From: a virus
Taxonomy: Duplodnaviria > Caudoviricetes
Reading direction: 5' to 3' (one strand)
Length of the DNA: 44,018 nt
Virus record (IMG/VR): IMGVR_UViG_3300036773_000053
Location: 1-44,018 of that record
In this document: one piece after another, positions 25,242 to 35,065 of the stretch
Numbering within the stretch: the first letter of the stretch is position 1
Layout of the letters: each line of letters starts with the position of its first letter
The notes under the pieces: model-generated
What the model saw: only the letters and a program-made list of their open reading frames with translations
Told to the model about the DNA's origin: nothing
The model's database searches: none
Position numbers and translations under genes: made by a program

Positions 25242-26714
25242 ATGGGCATCGACTTCACTTACTACCAGACCAGCAACCGGGTTCCCGGCGTCTACGTCGA
25301 AATGGACCCGTCGCAGGCGAACACGGGCGTTGCCAATCAGACGACGCTGTTGATTGGGCAAATCATCGCCACCGGCACCGCGCCGCCCGATCATCCGTTC
25401 TTGGTCGAGAACGTCGCCCAGGTGCAGCAACTGTGCGGCATCGGTTCGATGCTCGACGCGATGGCGGAGCGCTACCTCGCGCGCGATCCGTTCGGCACGC
25501 TCTATCTGCTGCCGCTCGCCGACAACGCGGCCGGCGCCGCCTCGACCGGCACCGTGACCGTCGCCGGCGCTGCCACCGCCAATGGCACGTTGAATCTCTA
25601 CATCGCAGGCCAGCGGGTGCAATCGCCGGTGACCAACGGTGACACGGCCTCCGTCATGGCGGGCAACCTGCTCGCCGCCATCACCGCCGCCGCCAGCCTG
25701 CCGGTATCCGAGGCGGCGGTCGGGGCCGTCATCACCCTAACCGCGCTCAACAAGGGCGAGGCGGGCAACGGCATCGATCTACAGATGAACTACCTCGGCG
25801 CCGCCGGGGGCGAGTTCCTACCGCCCGGGGTGACCGTGACCATCGTCGCGATGTCGGGCGGCACCGCTAATCCGGTCCTGACGAATGGGCTGGCGAACCT
25901 ATCATCGGTGCCGTTCGATTTCATTGGCCTGCCCTACACCGACACAACGTCACTCGACGCGGTTAAGAACTTCCTCGCCGACGACGTGGGCCGCTGGTCG
26001 TGGCAACAGATGATCTATGGCGGTTGCTTCGCCGCCTTTCGTGGCACGCTCGGCCAATGCACCGCGCTTGGTCTCGCGCGTAACGATCAGCACGTATCGA
26101 TTATGGCCTATCAAGGCTCGCCAGACCCGGAGTGGATATGGGTCGCGGAAGTCCTCGCCGGCTGTGCCGCCAGCATCCGGGTCGATCCTGGCCTGCCGCT
26201 GCAATACATCGCCACCACACTGAAGCCGCCGCCGATCGCGCAGCACTGGACGCTCGGTGAGCGGAACACGCTGCTGTATGACGGCATGAGCACGACGCGC
26301 GTGCAGCAAGATGGCACCGTGATGATCGAGCGCATGTGCACGACGTATCAGCGCAACGCCGCCGGGGCGGTCGATAACTCATACCTCGACGTAGAAACGA
26401 TGTATGGGCTGATGTTCGTCGCGCGCGACCTCGCCAACTATCTGCTCACTCGCTACGCGCGCAAGAAACTGGTGAGCGACACGACGCCGATCCTCGCCGG
26501 TTCCAACTGCGTCAACGCGCCGATGATCAAGGCCAGCGTGGTGATGGAATACCGTGCCTTGCAGACCGCCGGCTACGTCCAGAACGCCGACACTTTCGCC
26601 AAGGGTATCCTGGTGGAGAACGCCGGCAACGGACTAGTGAAGATTCTGGCACCTGTTGATTTAGTAAATCAACTCCGCCAGATCGCAATCCTGCTGCAAT
26701 TTAGGAAGTCATAA
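25242..26714 (+). CDS. Tail sheath protein (Mu gpL-like)
   Basis: RVPGVYVEMDPSQAN...GSML...GRWSWQQMIYG...ERNTLLYDG...DLVNQLR. Confidence 0.95.
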   Translation: MGIDFTYYQTSNRVPGVYVEMDPSQANTGVANQTTLLIGQIIATGTAPPDHPFLVENVAQVQQLCGIGSMLDAMAERYLARDPFGTLYLLPLADNAAGAASTGTVTVAGAATANGTLNLYIAGQRVQSPVTNGDTASVMAGNLLAAITAAASLPVSEAAVGAVITLTALNKGEAGNGIDLQMNYLGAAGGEFLPPGVTVTIVAMSGGTANPVLTNGLANLSSVPFDFIGLPYTDTTSLDAVKNFLADDVGRWSWQQMIYGGCFAAFRGTLGQCTALGLARNDQHVSIMAYQGSPDPEWIWVAEVLAGCAASIRVDPGLPLQYIATTLKPPPIAQHWTLGERNTLLYDGMSTTRVQQDGTVMIERMCTTYQRNAAGAVDNSYLDVETMYGLMFVARDLANYLLTRYARKKLVSDTTPILAGSNCVNAPMIKASVVMEYRALQTAGYVQNADTFAKGILVENAGNGLVKILAPVDLVNQLRQIAILLQFRKS

Positions 26715-26726
26715 CGGAGGCCGATC

Positions 26727-27098
26727 ATGGCGAGTTGTGTTCCCTTGGCCGGCATCACCGGCCTGACGATCGACGGTAACGCCTACATGGTGGTTTCCGA
26801 CGTAACGTGGTCGCCGGTGATATTCCGCCGCGAGACGTTGCTCGGCCTCGATGCCGTGCACGGCTTCAGCGAAATCCCCGCGCAAGGCTTCATCGAGGCA
26901 ACCTTGCGCGATAGCTCGGACATCACCGTCGGTGATTTCAACGTTATGAGGTGCGTTGAAGTCCAGGTGTCGCTCGCGAACGGCAAGGTCGTCGGTGGCG
27001 CGAACATGTGGTGCGTCACCGCGCTGGAGGTCCGCGCCGCCGAAGGGACGTTCCAGGTCCGCTTTGATGGCGTGGACGTGTCGGAGACCTTCGCATGA
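26727..27098 (+). CDS. Tail tube protein (Mu gpM-like)
   Basis: LAGITGLTIDG...RETLLGLDAVHGFSE...LANGK. Confidence 0.9.
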   Translation: MASCVPLAGITGLTIDGNAYMVVSDVTWSPVIFRRETLLGLDAVHGFSEIPAQGFIEATLRDSSDITVGDFNVMRCVEVQVSLANGKVVGGANMWCVTALEVRAAEGTFQVRFDGVDVSETFA

Positions 27099-27451
27099 TG
27101 GACGGGATGTCGATTGCTGATCAGATGGACGCGGCGGAGGAACAGATTGCGCCGCGCGTCCTCGACCTGGAACTTGATCCGCCGGTGACGTTCCAAAAGA
27201 AACCGTTCGCCTCGCTGCACCTGGAAGAACCCACGGGCAAGATGATGGAACGCGCCGAACAGGAGTTGCAGGGCGGCGTCAATGCCTACGCGCTGCGGCG
27301 GTTCCAAATCACCCTGGTGGCGCAAGCTGCCAAGGTGCCGCGCGAGGTGGTCGAGGCGATGCCGGTGGGACAGATCGCGCGTGCCTGGGATTTTCTCGAA
27401 ACGCTGTTGCCGGGTGGCCCAGCAACTGGCGTGACATCATCGCGGACCTGA
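27095..27451 (+). CDS. Tail assembly chaperone (Mu gp41-like)
   Basis: LDPPV...LHLEEPTG; lies between tube and tape measure genes. Confidence 0.85.
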   Translation: MMDGMSIADQMDAAEEQIAPRVLDLELDPPVTFQKKPFASLHLEEPTGKMMERAEQELQGGVNAYALRRFQITLVAQAAKVPREVVEAMPVGQIARAWDFLETLLPGGPATGVTSSRT

Positions 27452-27579
27452 CGCGCTTCTGGGGTTGGGGACCGCATGACGCATGGTCGTTGACCGGCAC
27501 GGAATTGATGTGGTGGCTCGATCAGACGCACCGCATTGCCGCGCGCGAACGCGAAGCCGCAGAGGCACGGCGTAGGTAA
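27394..27579 (+). CDS. -1 frame extension of the tail chaperone (G-T / E+E' type)
   Basis: -1 frame open from GGGATTTT (27387-27394) to TAA 27579: ...WRDIIADLTRFWGWGPHDAWSLTGTELMWW... Confidence 0.7.
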   Translation, partial: SRNAVAGWPSNWRDIIADLTRFWGWGPHDAWSLTGTELMWWLDQTHRIAAREREAAEARRR

Positions 27580-29594
27580 TGGCCGGCGGCTATAGTGTAA
27601 CGTTCTCGATCGTCGATAACGCGACGCGCCAGATTGACGCGATCAACAAGCGCATCACCGCGATGCGCGCGCCGATGGACCGCATGTCGCGCTCGATCAG
27701 CCGGTTCGTCGACGTGTCGGGCTTGCGCAAGGTCGCGGAAGGGTTCGGCTGGATAGGACGCGCCGCCGCCACCGCGTTCCGCGCGATGATCGCGATTGTC
27801 CCGGTGCTGGGCGCGATCACCTCGGCCGCCACCATCGCCGGCATTGCCAAGCTGGTGTCGTCATTCTCCGCCTGGGGGCGGCAACTGACGATCAACGCCG
27901 ATCAGATCGGCGCCTCGACGCAGACGTTGCAGCAATTCGAGGACGCGACACGGCTCGCCGGTGGCAGCGCTGACGATATGACGGAAAGCCTCAAGGGCCT
28001 GCACGACGCCACCGTGCGCGCGCTGGAAGGACAGGACCCGCAGACGCTGGCCTACTTCAGTCAGCTTGGCGTCAACCTGCGCGACGCCAACGGGGCAATG
28101 CGGACCACCGCCGACCTGATGCCCGAGGTCATGCAGAAGTTGCAGGACATCAAGGACCCGACCGACCGCGCGCGTCTTGCCACCGCGCTGCTAGGTGGCG
28201 CCGGCATGAAGCTGGTCGAGACGTTCCGCATTACGCACCGCTCGTTTGGCGAGTGGATGACGGACGCCAGGCAGTTCACCGAACTGACGCAGGCGCAGCT
28301 ACAGGACATGATCAAGTTCGAGCAGGCACAAGGCCGGCTCGGTGTCGCGTTCGATCACCTCGGGCAGCAAGTCGCCGCCGTGCTCGCCAACAATTTCACG
28401 CCGCTGTTCAACCGCCTGTCCGAGTTCGTGACGACGCATCAACCGCAGATCATCGCCGCCGTTGACCAACTCTCCGCGCGCTTCGCCAAGTGGCTCGACA
28501 ACCCGGACATGTGGAAGAACATCGGCGACGGCATCACCAAAACGATCGATGGGCTGCAATGGATGGTCGATCACCTCGACACCATCTTGCAGGTTGCTGA
28601 GGACATCGCGTTGCTGTTCGCGGTGAAATGGGCCGTGGGGATCGTCGCCTCGATTGCCCAGGTGGTCGCCGCGATCGGCACCATTGCCGGTGGCACTGCC
28701 GTGGGCACCGGACTTTTGGGCGCGCTCGGCGCCGTCGCCGCGCTGGCCTCGGTTCTCGCACTGAAAGGCGATACGGGACCCGGTGGACCCGGACCCGCGA
28801 CGCCAGAGCAAAAACGCGACGCCGCGAAGGCCGTCGAGGACGCCAACAAGGGCACGGGCTACACCGGCAATTTCTGGCATGACATGGGCGTGGGCATCTC
28901 GCGCGGTGCCGGGGCGGTGTGGGACCGCATCGTAAAGGGGCCGGAAAGCATCCGCCCGCCAGCTTCGCCGAGTAGCTTCACACCGACCGCGCCGGAACTC
29001 ACACCGGAGGGGAAGGGGCTGCTGACGACGATCGCGGCGCATGAATCGCGCGGCGATTACAGTGTGCTCTATGGCGGCGGACACTTCGCCGGAACGCAAT
29101 TCCCGCAATGGGCGGGGCAGGATAATTCGCACGCGGCCGGCGCCTATCAATTCCAGCCCGGCACGTTTGGGGGGGTGCAGCGCGCGCGACCAGACATCAC
29201 AGACTTTTCGCCAGCGAACCAGGATCGCGCCGCGTGGTATCTCGCGCAACAGGACTACCACCGCCGCACCGGCCGCGATCTCACAGTGGACCTCAAGGAC
29301 CCGTCCAAGGCGCAGGACATCGCCAACGCGCTGCAACCGACCTGGACCTCGACCAACAAGCCGGGGTGGGCGCAACAACTGGAAAAGAACCTGGGCGCGC
29401 AGGCCAAGGCACCACCCGTCGCGAGCGCGCCGCCCGTCGCGATGCCACCGACCACACCACCCGTCAACGGCTCGGTGAACGTCGATATCACGCATCGCAA
29501 CCCGCCACCGAATGCCGCCGTGACCGCGACCGGCTCGGGCGCCGTCAACGTCGCACCGCCGCGCGTCGAGCACGCGCAACTGGCCGACATATGA
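27579..29594 (+). CDS. Tape measure protein with C-terminal lysozyme-like domain
   Basis: Helical Ala-rich body; IAAHESRGDY...AAGAYQF...FSPANQDRAA resembles lambda R-type transglycosylases. Confidence 0.9.
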   Translation: MAGGYSVTFSIVDNATRQIDAINKRITAMRAPMDRMSRSISRFVDVSGLRKVAEGFGWIGRAAATAFRAMIAIVPVLGAITSAATIAGIAKLVSSFSAWGRQLTINADQIGASTQTLQQFEDATRLAGGSADDMTESLKGLHDATVRALEGQDPQTLAYFSQLGVNLRDANGAMRTTADLMPEVMQKLQDIKDPTDRARLATALLGGAGMKLVETFRITHRSFGEWMTDARQFTELTQAQLQDMIKFEQAQGRLGVAFDHLGQQVAAVLANNFTPLFNRLSEFVTTHQPQIIAAVDQLSARFAKWLDNPDMWKNIGDGITKTIDGLQWMVDHLDTILQVAEDIALLFAVKWAVGIVASIAQVVAAIGTIAGGTAVGTGLLGALGAVAALASVLALKGDTGPGGPGPATPEQKRDAAKAVEDANKGTGYTGNFWHDMGVGISRGAGAVWDRIVKGPESIRPPASPSSFTPTAPELTPEGKGLLTTIAAHESRGDYSVLYGGGHFAGTQFPQWAGQDNSHAAGAYQFQPGTFGGVQRARPDITDFSPANQDRAAWYLAQQDYHRRTGRDLTVDLKDPSKAQDIANALQPTWTSTNKPGWAQQLEKNLGAQAKAPPVASAPPVAMPPTTPPVNGSVNVDITHRNPPPNAAVTATGSGAVNVAPPRVEHAQLADI

Positions 29595-30472
29595 GCGGCA
29601 TCCTCGGTCAGATCGGCGGCGCGATCAGCGGGGCTAACCGGCTGGTGCAGACCGTTGGCAGCACCGTCACCGACGTTGCCAGGATCGGGCAACTGGCCGG
29701 GGGAGCGCTCGAGGTCGACAACAGCGGCCTGTCGTTCGCCGATGGCTCGTGGTGGCAACAGCTACAGCCCGGCTCCTGGCGCGGGGTGGGGTTCGTTCTC
29801 GACGCCGGCCAGACGAAAGCCGGGCGCCGCGTCGCGATCCATGAATACCCCTACCGCGACACCGCATGGTCGGAGGACCTGGGCAAGCTGCCGCGTCGGT
29901 TCTCGGTCGAGGCATACCTGACCGGCGATGACGTCTATCAGCAGCGCGACGCCATGCTGGCCGCGTGCGAACAGCCTGGCCCCGGCACGCTGGTGCATCC
30001 GACGCTTGGCAGCGTGCAGTGCGTGCTGCTCGATTTCACGACCACCGATCGGCGCGAGCGCGGACGGTATGTCGAGGTTGCACTTGCGTTCATCCTCGCC
30101 GGGGACGTGCTGTATCCCGGCACCTCGCTCAACACCGGCGACGCGATCACCTCGGCCGGCGCCGCGCTCAACACCGCTTCGATCAACGACCTGGGGGCGA
30201 CCCTCGCCGGGGTGACCTCGACCGTGCACTCGGTCACCGGCGCCGTCGGGCAGTTCACCGCGATTGCCGGCACGGCGGTCAACGACGCCTCCCGCGTATT
30301 CGGTGCCGTGCGGGGCCTCTCGGGCTACTTCGGCCGCTTCGCGACCGGCAACCGATCAACGCTGCTGCCGCTGACGGCGACCGTCCAGACCGCTCTGGGC
30401 GCCGCCACGACGGCGCGGACCTTGGTCAATTCGAGCATCGGTCTGGTCAACCATCTGGCCTCGCTCCTGTGA
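29591..30472 (+). CDS. Mu gpN-like DNA circularisation protein, N-terminal part
   Basis: LQPGSWRGVGF...GRRVAIHEYPYRD...EDLG...GPGTLVHPTLG. Confidence 0.88.
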   Translation: MSGILGQIGGAISGANRLVQTVGSTVTDVARIGQLAGGALEVDNSGLSFADGSWWQQLQPGSWRGVGFVLDAGQTKAGRRVAIHEYPYRDTAWSEDLGKLPRRFSVEAYLTGDDVYQQRDAMLAACEQPGPGTLVHPTLGSVQCVLLDFTTTDRRERGRYVEVALAFILAGDVLYPGTSLNTGDAITSAGAALNTASINDLGATLAGVTSTVHSVTGAVGQFTAIAGTAVNDASRVFGAVRGLSGYFGRFATGNRSTLLPLTATVQTALGAATTARTLVNSSIGLVNHLASLL

Positions 30473-31035
30473 GCCAGCAATCGGACGACTTCGCCGCCGC
30501 CGCCGTGCAGCTGGCCGACGCGCTCGCTGCCGCGGCGAATGATCCCGCCGACGCGATCCGGCTGTTGCTGCCGTTGACCAGCTGGGCGCCGCCGCCGGTG
30601 CGCGGCACGGGGCCGCTCGCCGTCAATGCCCAGATCGCACTGGACGCTATCGCCAGCAACCTGCGATGCGCCGCCTGCGCTGCCTTGGGGCCGGCTACGG
30701 GGGCGTATCAGCCGATCAGCTACCAAGACGCCATGTCCGTCCGCGCCGCCGTCTGCGGTGCTCTGGACGCCGAAGCGACCCGCGCCGCCGACGATGGCCG
30801 GGACGCGGTGTATCAGGCGCTGCGCGACCTGCGCTGGACCGTCGCCCTCGACCTCGCGCTACGCGGCGCGAACCTCGCGTGGCTGGTCGAGGTGTCGACC
30901 CGCGCCCCCATGCCGTCGCTCGCCGAAGCCTGGACGCTCTACCAGGACACGACGCGCGAGCCGGGCCTTGTCGCCTCGGCGGACCCGGCTAATCCGCTGT
31001 TCCTCTCGCCGACGTTTCCGGCGCTCAACCGATGA
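30469..31035 (+). CDS. Mu gpN-like protein, C-terminal part as a separate ORF
   Basis: GTGA overlap; SYQDA...YQALRDLR...MPSLAEAWTLYQDTTR...NPLF. Confidence 0.75.
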   Translation: MSQQSDDFAAAAVQLADALAAAANDPADAIRLLLPLTSWAPPPVRGTGPLAVNAQIALDAIASNLRCAACAALGPATGAYQPISYQDAMSVRAAVCGALDAEATRAADDGRDAVYQALRDLRWTVALDLALRGANLAWLVEVSTRAPMPSLAEAWTLYQDTTREPGLVASADPANPLFLSPTFPALNR

Positions 31036-32219
31036 GTGCCGCGCATGGCGTGCCACCGCGCGGGGCGCCCCTCGGCGCAACCGACACCCTCACGCTCAAG
31101 GTGGGCGGCAAGGACCTGACCGGCTGGCAACGCGTCGCGGTGACCCGCTCGATGGACAGCGTTCCCGCGTCATTCGACATCCTGGTGACGGAAAAGTATC
31201 CGCTCGCGCCCGACATCGATGTGAAGCCGGGGGCGCCGTGCACGGTCTCGATCGGCGGCGACCTCGTGCTGACCGGCTACGTCGACCGCTACAGCGCCAG
31301 TATCAGCGCCGGTGACCACACGGTGCGCATCGCCGGCCGCAGCATGTCGGAGGACTTGGTTGATTGCTCCGCGCTGTTTGATACCACCAGCAACGAGCCT
31401 GGGATGCAGAAGTTGAACGGCTCCGCGCTATCGATCGCGCAGGGCCTCGCCAAGCCCTACGGGGTGACCATCACCAGCCTCGCCGGTGATGGCGCGACCA
31501 TCCCGCAATTCAACATCAACCTGGGGGAGACCGCCTGGGAGATCATCGATCGCGTGACGCGCTATTCGAAGCTGGTCGCCTATGACCTGCCGGACGGTTC
31601 GATGGTGATGGCACAGGCCGGCAGCGAACAGATGGCCAGCGGCTTCGCGCTCGGGTCCAACATCGAGCACGCCGATGTCAGCTATTCGATGGACGAACGG
31701 TTTTCCCAATACGAGGCCCATTTCCTATCAACGATGGCGTTCGGCACCGACGCCGGGGTGAACTCGCCGACGATCGGCCAGATTGTGAAGGACGATGGCG
31801 TGCCCCGCTTTCGCAAGCGCTACATCGTCAGTGAGCAAACGATCCTCGGTCGGCCGATCGCGTATGACCGCGCGGTGTGGGAACGCAATCGCCGCTATGG
31901 CCGCTCGCAGGTGTTCAGCGTGGTGTGCGATAGCTGGCGCGACGCCGCCGGTGCGCTGTGGGCGCCGAACCACCTCGCGCCGATCCAGGCCGCCGCGTTG
32001 AAGCTTCCCGCGCCCAATGACGACGTATGGGTAATCGCGAGCATCAGCTATCTGCGCGATGAAAACGGCCAACACGCCGCGCTGACGCTGATGCCGAAAC
32101 AGGCATTCGATCCAGAGCCGCTGTCGCTGCAAAACATCCCGCCTATGATCGGCGATACGCAGGGCAACAACCCGACCAAGCCGGACACGTTCAATCCGCC
32201 CGCGAACGTGGCGACATGA
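31032..32219 (+). CDS. Baseplate hub protein (Mu gp44-like)
   Basis: GWQRVAVTRS...LTGYVD...DLVDCS...GETAWEII...ERFSQY. Confidence 0.9.
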   Translation: MSAAHGVPPRGAPLGATDTLTLKVGGKDLTGWQRVAVTRSMDSVPASFDILVTEKYPLAPDIDVKPGAPCTVSIGGDLVLTGYVDRYSASISAGDHTVRIAGRSMSEDLVDCSALFDTTSNEPGMQKLNGSALSIAQGLAKPYGVTITSLAGDGATIPQFNINLGETAWEIIDRVTRYSKLVAYDLPDGSMVMAQAGSEQMASGFALGSNIEHADVSYSMDERFSQYEAHFLSTMAFGTDAGVNSPTIGQIVKDDGVPRFRKRYIVSEQTILGRPIAYDRAVWERNRRYGRSQVFSVVCDSWRDAAGALWAPNHLAPIQAAALKLPAPNDDVWVIASISYLRDENGQHAALTLMPKQAFDPEPLSLQNIPPMIGDTQGNNPTKPDTFNPPANVAT

Positions 32220-32752
32220 GCGTGGCGGATCGCCTCTATCGCCGCGTCCAGATGATGTTGGCCCCGGTCAAGATCACCGCGACCGATGACACCGGCCCGG
32301 TGCACCGCGCCCAGGTGCGCGCGATGGCTCCCGAGCAAATCGACAACGTGGCCGTGCTGCAACTCTACGGGCTGGCCTCGCACGCGATGGTGGGCAGTGA
32401 TGCGATGGCGCTGTTCGTATCGGGCGACCGATCGAACGCGGTGATCGTCGCGACCAACAACCAGGACGCGCGGATGCGCAACCTCAAGTCCGGCGAGGTC
32501 GCGCTCTACACCGACGAAGGCGATAGCGTGCTGCTATCGCGCGGCCGGATCATCAGCATCAAGTGCGGCACCAAGGTGCACATCGATTGCCCGCTGGTCG
32601 AAATGACGGGCGACCTCCACGTGACCGGGGAAGTGGTGCGCGGCTTCGGCACGGGCGATCAGGTCACGCTCGGTCAGCACTCGCATACGCAAGGCGCCGA
32701 CTCTCGCGGCGACGGCGAGGTCCCGACAAATGCGCCAACGCCGGGAACCTGA
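32216..32752 (+). CDS. Baseplate central spike (Mu gp45-like)
   Basis: QLYGLAS...GDRSN...LKSGEVALY; C-terminal HxH (HSH) metal site. Confidence 0.9.
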   Translation: MSVADRLYRRVQMMLAPVKITATDDTGPVHRAQVRAMAPEQIDNVAVLQLYGLASHAMVGSDAMALFVSGDRSNAVIVATNNQDARMRNLKSGEVALYTDEGDSVLLSRGRIISIKCGTKVHIDCPLVEMTGDLHVTGEVVRGFGTGDQVTLGQHSHTQGADSRGDGEVPTNAPTPGT

Positions 32753-32754
32753 TC

Positions 32755-33327
32755 ATGGCCGATAGCTGGATCGTCGACGCTGGCCTGCCGCTGGTGACCT
32801 CGCCGAACAAGCTGCCGTCCGCCAACGGGGCCGGCGACATTTACATCCTGTGGGACAACATCAACGCGCAAGGCGATTGGGCGCTTGCGGCCGGCGATGT
32901 GCAGACCGGCCAGGACTTAGAAACCGCCTGCCTTGTGTCGCTGTTCACCGACAAGCTCGCGACGCCCGATTTCATTCCGACCGATGGCACGTCAGACCGG
33001 CGCGGCTGGTGGGCCGATCCCTATAACGATCAGCCGCTTGGCTCGAACCTCTGGCAACTGGAGCGCGCCAAGAAAACCCGCGACACCTTGGCCCTCGCGC
33101 GCCGCTACGCATCCGACGCGTTGCAATGGCTGGTCGATGACGGCGTGGCGCGGTCGGTGACCGTCGATACGCAATGGCTCGGCTCGACCGGCTCGACCAC
33201 GCTCGGCATCCGCGTGGTGATCCTCAAGCCTGACGGCAGCGCGACGCGGTTCACCTTCGGCTGGGCCTGGGACAACCTCGCGTCGCTGCCGCTGTTGGCA
33301 TTCCCGCCACCGCCAGGACACTCATAA
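32755..33327 (+). CDS. Mu gp46-like baseplate protein
   Basis: LETACLVSLFTD...RRGWWAD...GSNLWQLERAK...ALQWLVDDG. Confidence 0.9.
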   Translation: MADSWIVDAGLPLVTSPNKLPSANGAGDIYILWDNINAQGDWALAAGDVQTGQDLETACLVSLFTDKLATPDFIPTDGTSDRRGWWADPYNDQPLGSNLWQLERAKKTRDTLALARRYASDALQWLVDDGVARSVTVDTQWLGSTGSTTLGIRVVILKPDGSATRFTFGWAWDNLASLPLLAFPPPPGHS

Positions 33328-34449
33328 ATGCCCTTCGCGCGTCCGACACTAACCGCGCTGCGAAACGCCGCGATCCAGGACATAACGACCTCGGGCGTTC
33401 CTGGTCTCAACGGGCTGTTGCGCAACGCCGTGTTGCCGGTGCTCGCGTGGGTCATGGCGGGGTTCACCTATTCGCTCTACGGCTTCCTTGACTGGATCGC
33501 GCTGCAAGGCGTGCCGTTCACCTCGACCGATGAATACCTGTATGCCTGGGGTGCGCTGATCGGTGTGTTCCCCAAGGACTCAACCCCCGCGATCGGACAG
33601 GCGCAATTCAGCGGCACGCCCGGTCGCGTGGTGCACGTTGGTTCCACACTCTCGCGCCAGGACGGCACGCCCTACACCTCGACCGCCGACGCCGCCGTTG
33701 ACGGAACCGGCAACGTGCTGGTGCCGATCATCGCAGCGGTGAATGGCGCCGCGACCGATTGCGCGGCCGGCACGCCGATCAGCCTCGATACGCCACCGTC
33801 CGGCGTGAATGCCGGTGGCTTCACTGTCGGGCCGACGCAAGGGGGCACCGACCAGGAGACGCAGGACGAATTTCGCACGCGCATGTTGATGCAGTATGCC
33901 GCCCCGCCGCAGGGCGGCTCCGCGTCCGACTACATCGAGTGGGCAACGTCAGTGCCGGGGTGCACGCGCGCGTGGATCGAGCCGCAAGGCTACGGCGCGG
34001 GATCGGTCGTCATCTTTCCGATGTTCGACGACGCGAACGCCGCGACCGGCGGCTTCCCGATCGGCAGCGATGGCGCCGCCAGCGAGGAGCCGCGCGCGCC
34101 GACCGCGACGGGTGATCAGCTTGCCATAGCGGAGGCCATCTGGCCGGTGCAGCCGGTGACCGCGCTGGTGTGGATCGCGTCGCCGATTGCCTCGCCGGTC
34201 GCAATCGACATCATCGGGCTGCAACCCAACACCGTAGACATGCAGGCCATGATCGTCGCGTCGATCAACGACATGTTTCTGGCGCGCGCCGAGGTCGGGG
34301 GCCTGACCTATCCGAGCGATATCTATGCGGCGATCCTGGCCACGCCTGGGGTCGTCCGGTTTGCGGTGGACAATCCCACGGCCCCGGTGCCCGCCCCGCC
34401 TGGGGGCCTTCCCGTCGCCGGCACGGTGACATTCCCGCCGCTACCCTGA
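33328..34449 (+). CDS. Baseplate J / Mu gp47-like wedge protein
   Basis: MPFARPTL...GGTDQETQDEFRTR...PPQGGSASDYIEWA. Confidence 0.93.
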   Translation: MPFARPTLTALRNAAIQDITTSGVPGLNGLLRNAVLPVLAWVMAGFTYSLYGFLDWIALQGVPFTSTDEYLYAWGALIGVFPKDSTPAIGQAQFSGTPGRVVHVGSTLSRQDGTPYTSTADAAVDGTGNVLVPIIAAVNGAATDCAAGTPISLDTPPSGVNAGGFTVGPTQGGTDQETQDEFRTRMLMQYAAPPQGGSASDYIEWATSVPGCTRAWIEPQGYGAGSVVIFPMFDDANAATGGFPIGSDGAASEEPRAPTATGDQLAIAEAIWPVQPVTALVWIASPIASPVAIDIIGLQPNTVDMQAMIVASINDMFLARAEVGGLTYPSDIYAAILATPGVVRFAVDNPTAPVPAPPGGLPVAGTVTFPPLP

Positions 34450-35057
34450 TGCTCGCTCCGCTCTATTCCGTCCTCGATTACCTCTGGCAGTTCCAGCGCC
34501 TGCTACCGCGCGGCCGCATCTGGCATCGTGGCTGGGGCACTGTGCAGGCCGAGGATATCCTGACGCTGTTGCCGCAGACGGTGCGGCTCAATCAGCGCGC
34601 GATCGACGTGCTGCGCGAGACGTTCCCATGCACGACCTTGGAACTGTTGCCCGAATGGGAGGCGACGCTTGGTCTGCCCGATCCCTGCATCGGGCAACTC
34701 GACACGATCCAGCAGCGTCAGCAGGCGGTGTGCCTCAAGTTTACCGCGCGGGGTGGGCAGTCCGCCGACTACTACATTCGCCTTGCGGCCTCAATCGGCT
34801 ACACCATCACGATCACCACGTTCCTCGCATCGCCATTCGTTGTCGATCATTCGCGCGTGGATGATCCGCTTGACGACGAACAGTGGGCCTATGTCTGGCA
34901 GGTCAACGTTGCGGCCGGTGCGGATACGCTGGTGTATTTCCGCGTCGATGAAAGCACCGTGGATGAACCGCTCGTGGCGTTCGGCAACGCCATGCTGGAA
35001 TGCCTGCTGCGCGCTGCCGCTCCGGCACATACGCAGATCATCTTCGCTTATGCATAG
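34449..35057 (+). CDS. Mu gp48 / YmfQ-like baseplate protein
   Basis: LLPRGRIW...LLPEWEATLGLPD...GGQS...LECLL...PAHT. Confidence 0.9.
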   Translation: MLAPLYSVLDYLWQFQRLLPRGRIWHRGWGTVQAEDILTLLPQTVRLNQRAIDVLRETFPCTTLELLPEWEATLGLPDPCIGQLDTIQQRQQAVCLKFTARGGQSADYYIRLAASIGYTITITTFLASPFVVDHSRVDDPLDDEQWAYVWQVNVAAGADTLVYFRVDESTVDEPLVAFGNAMLECLLRAAAPAHTQIIFAYA

Positions 35058-35065
35058 AGGTTCGC

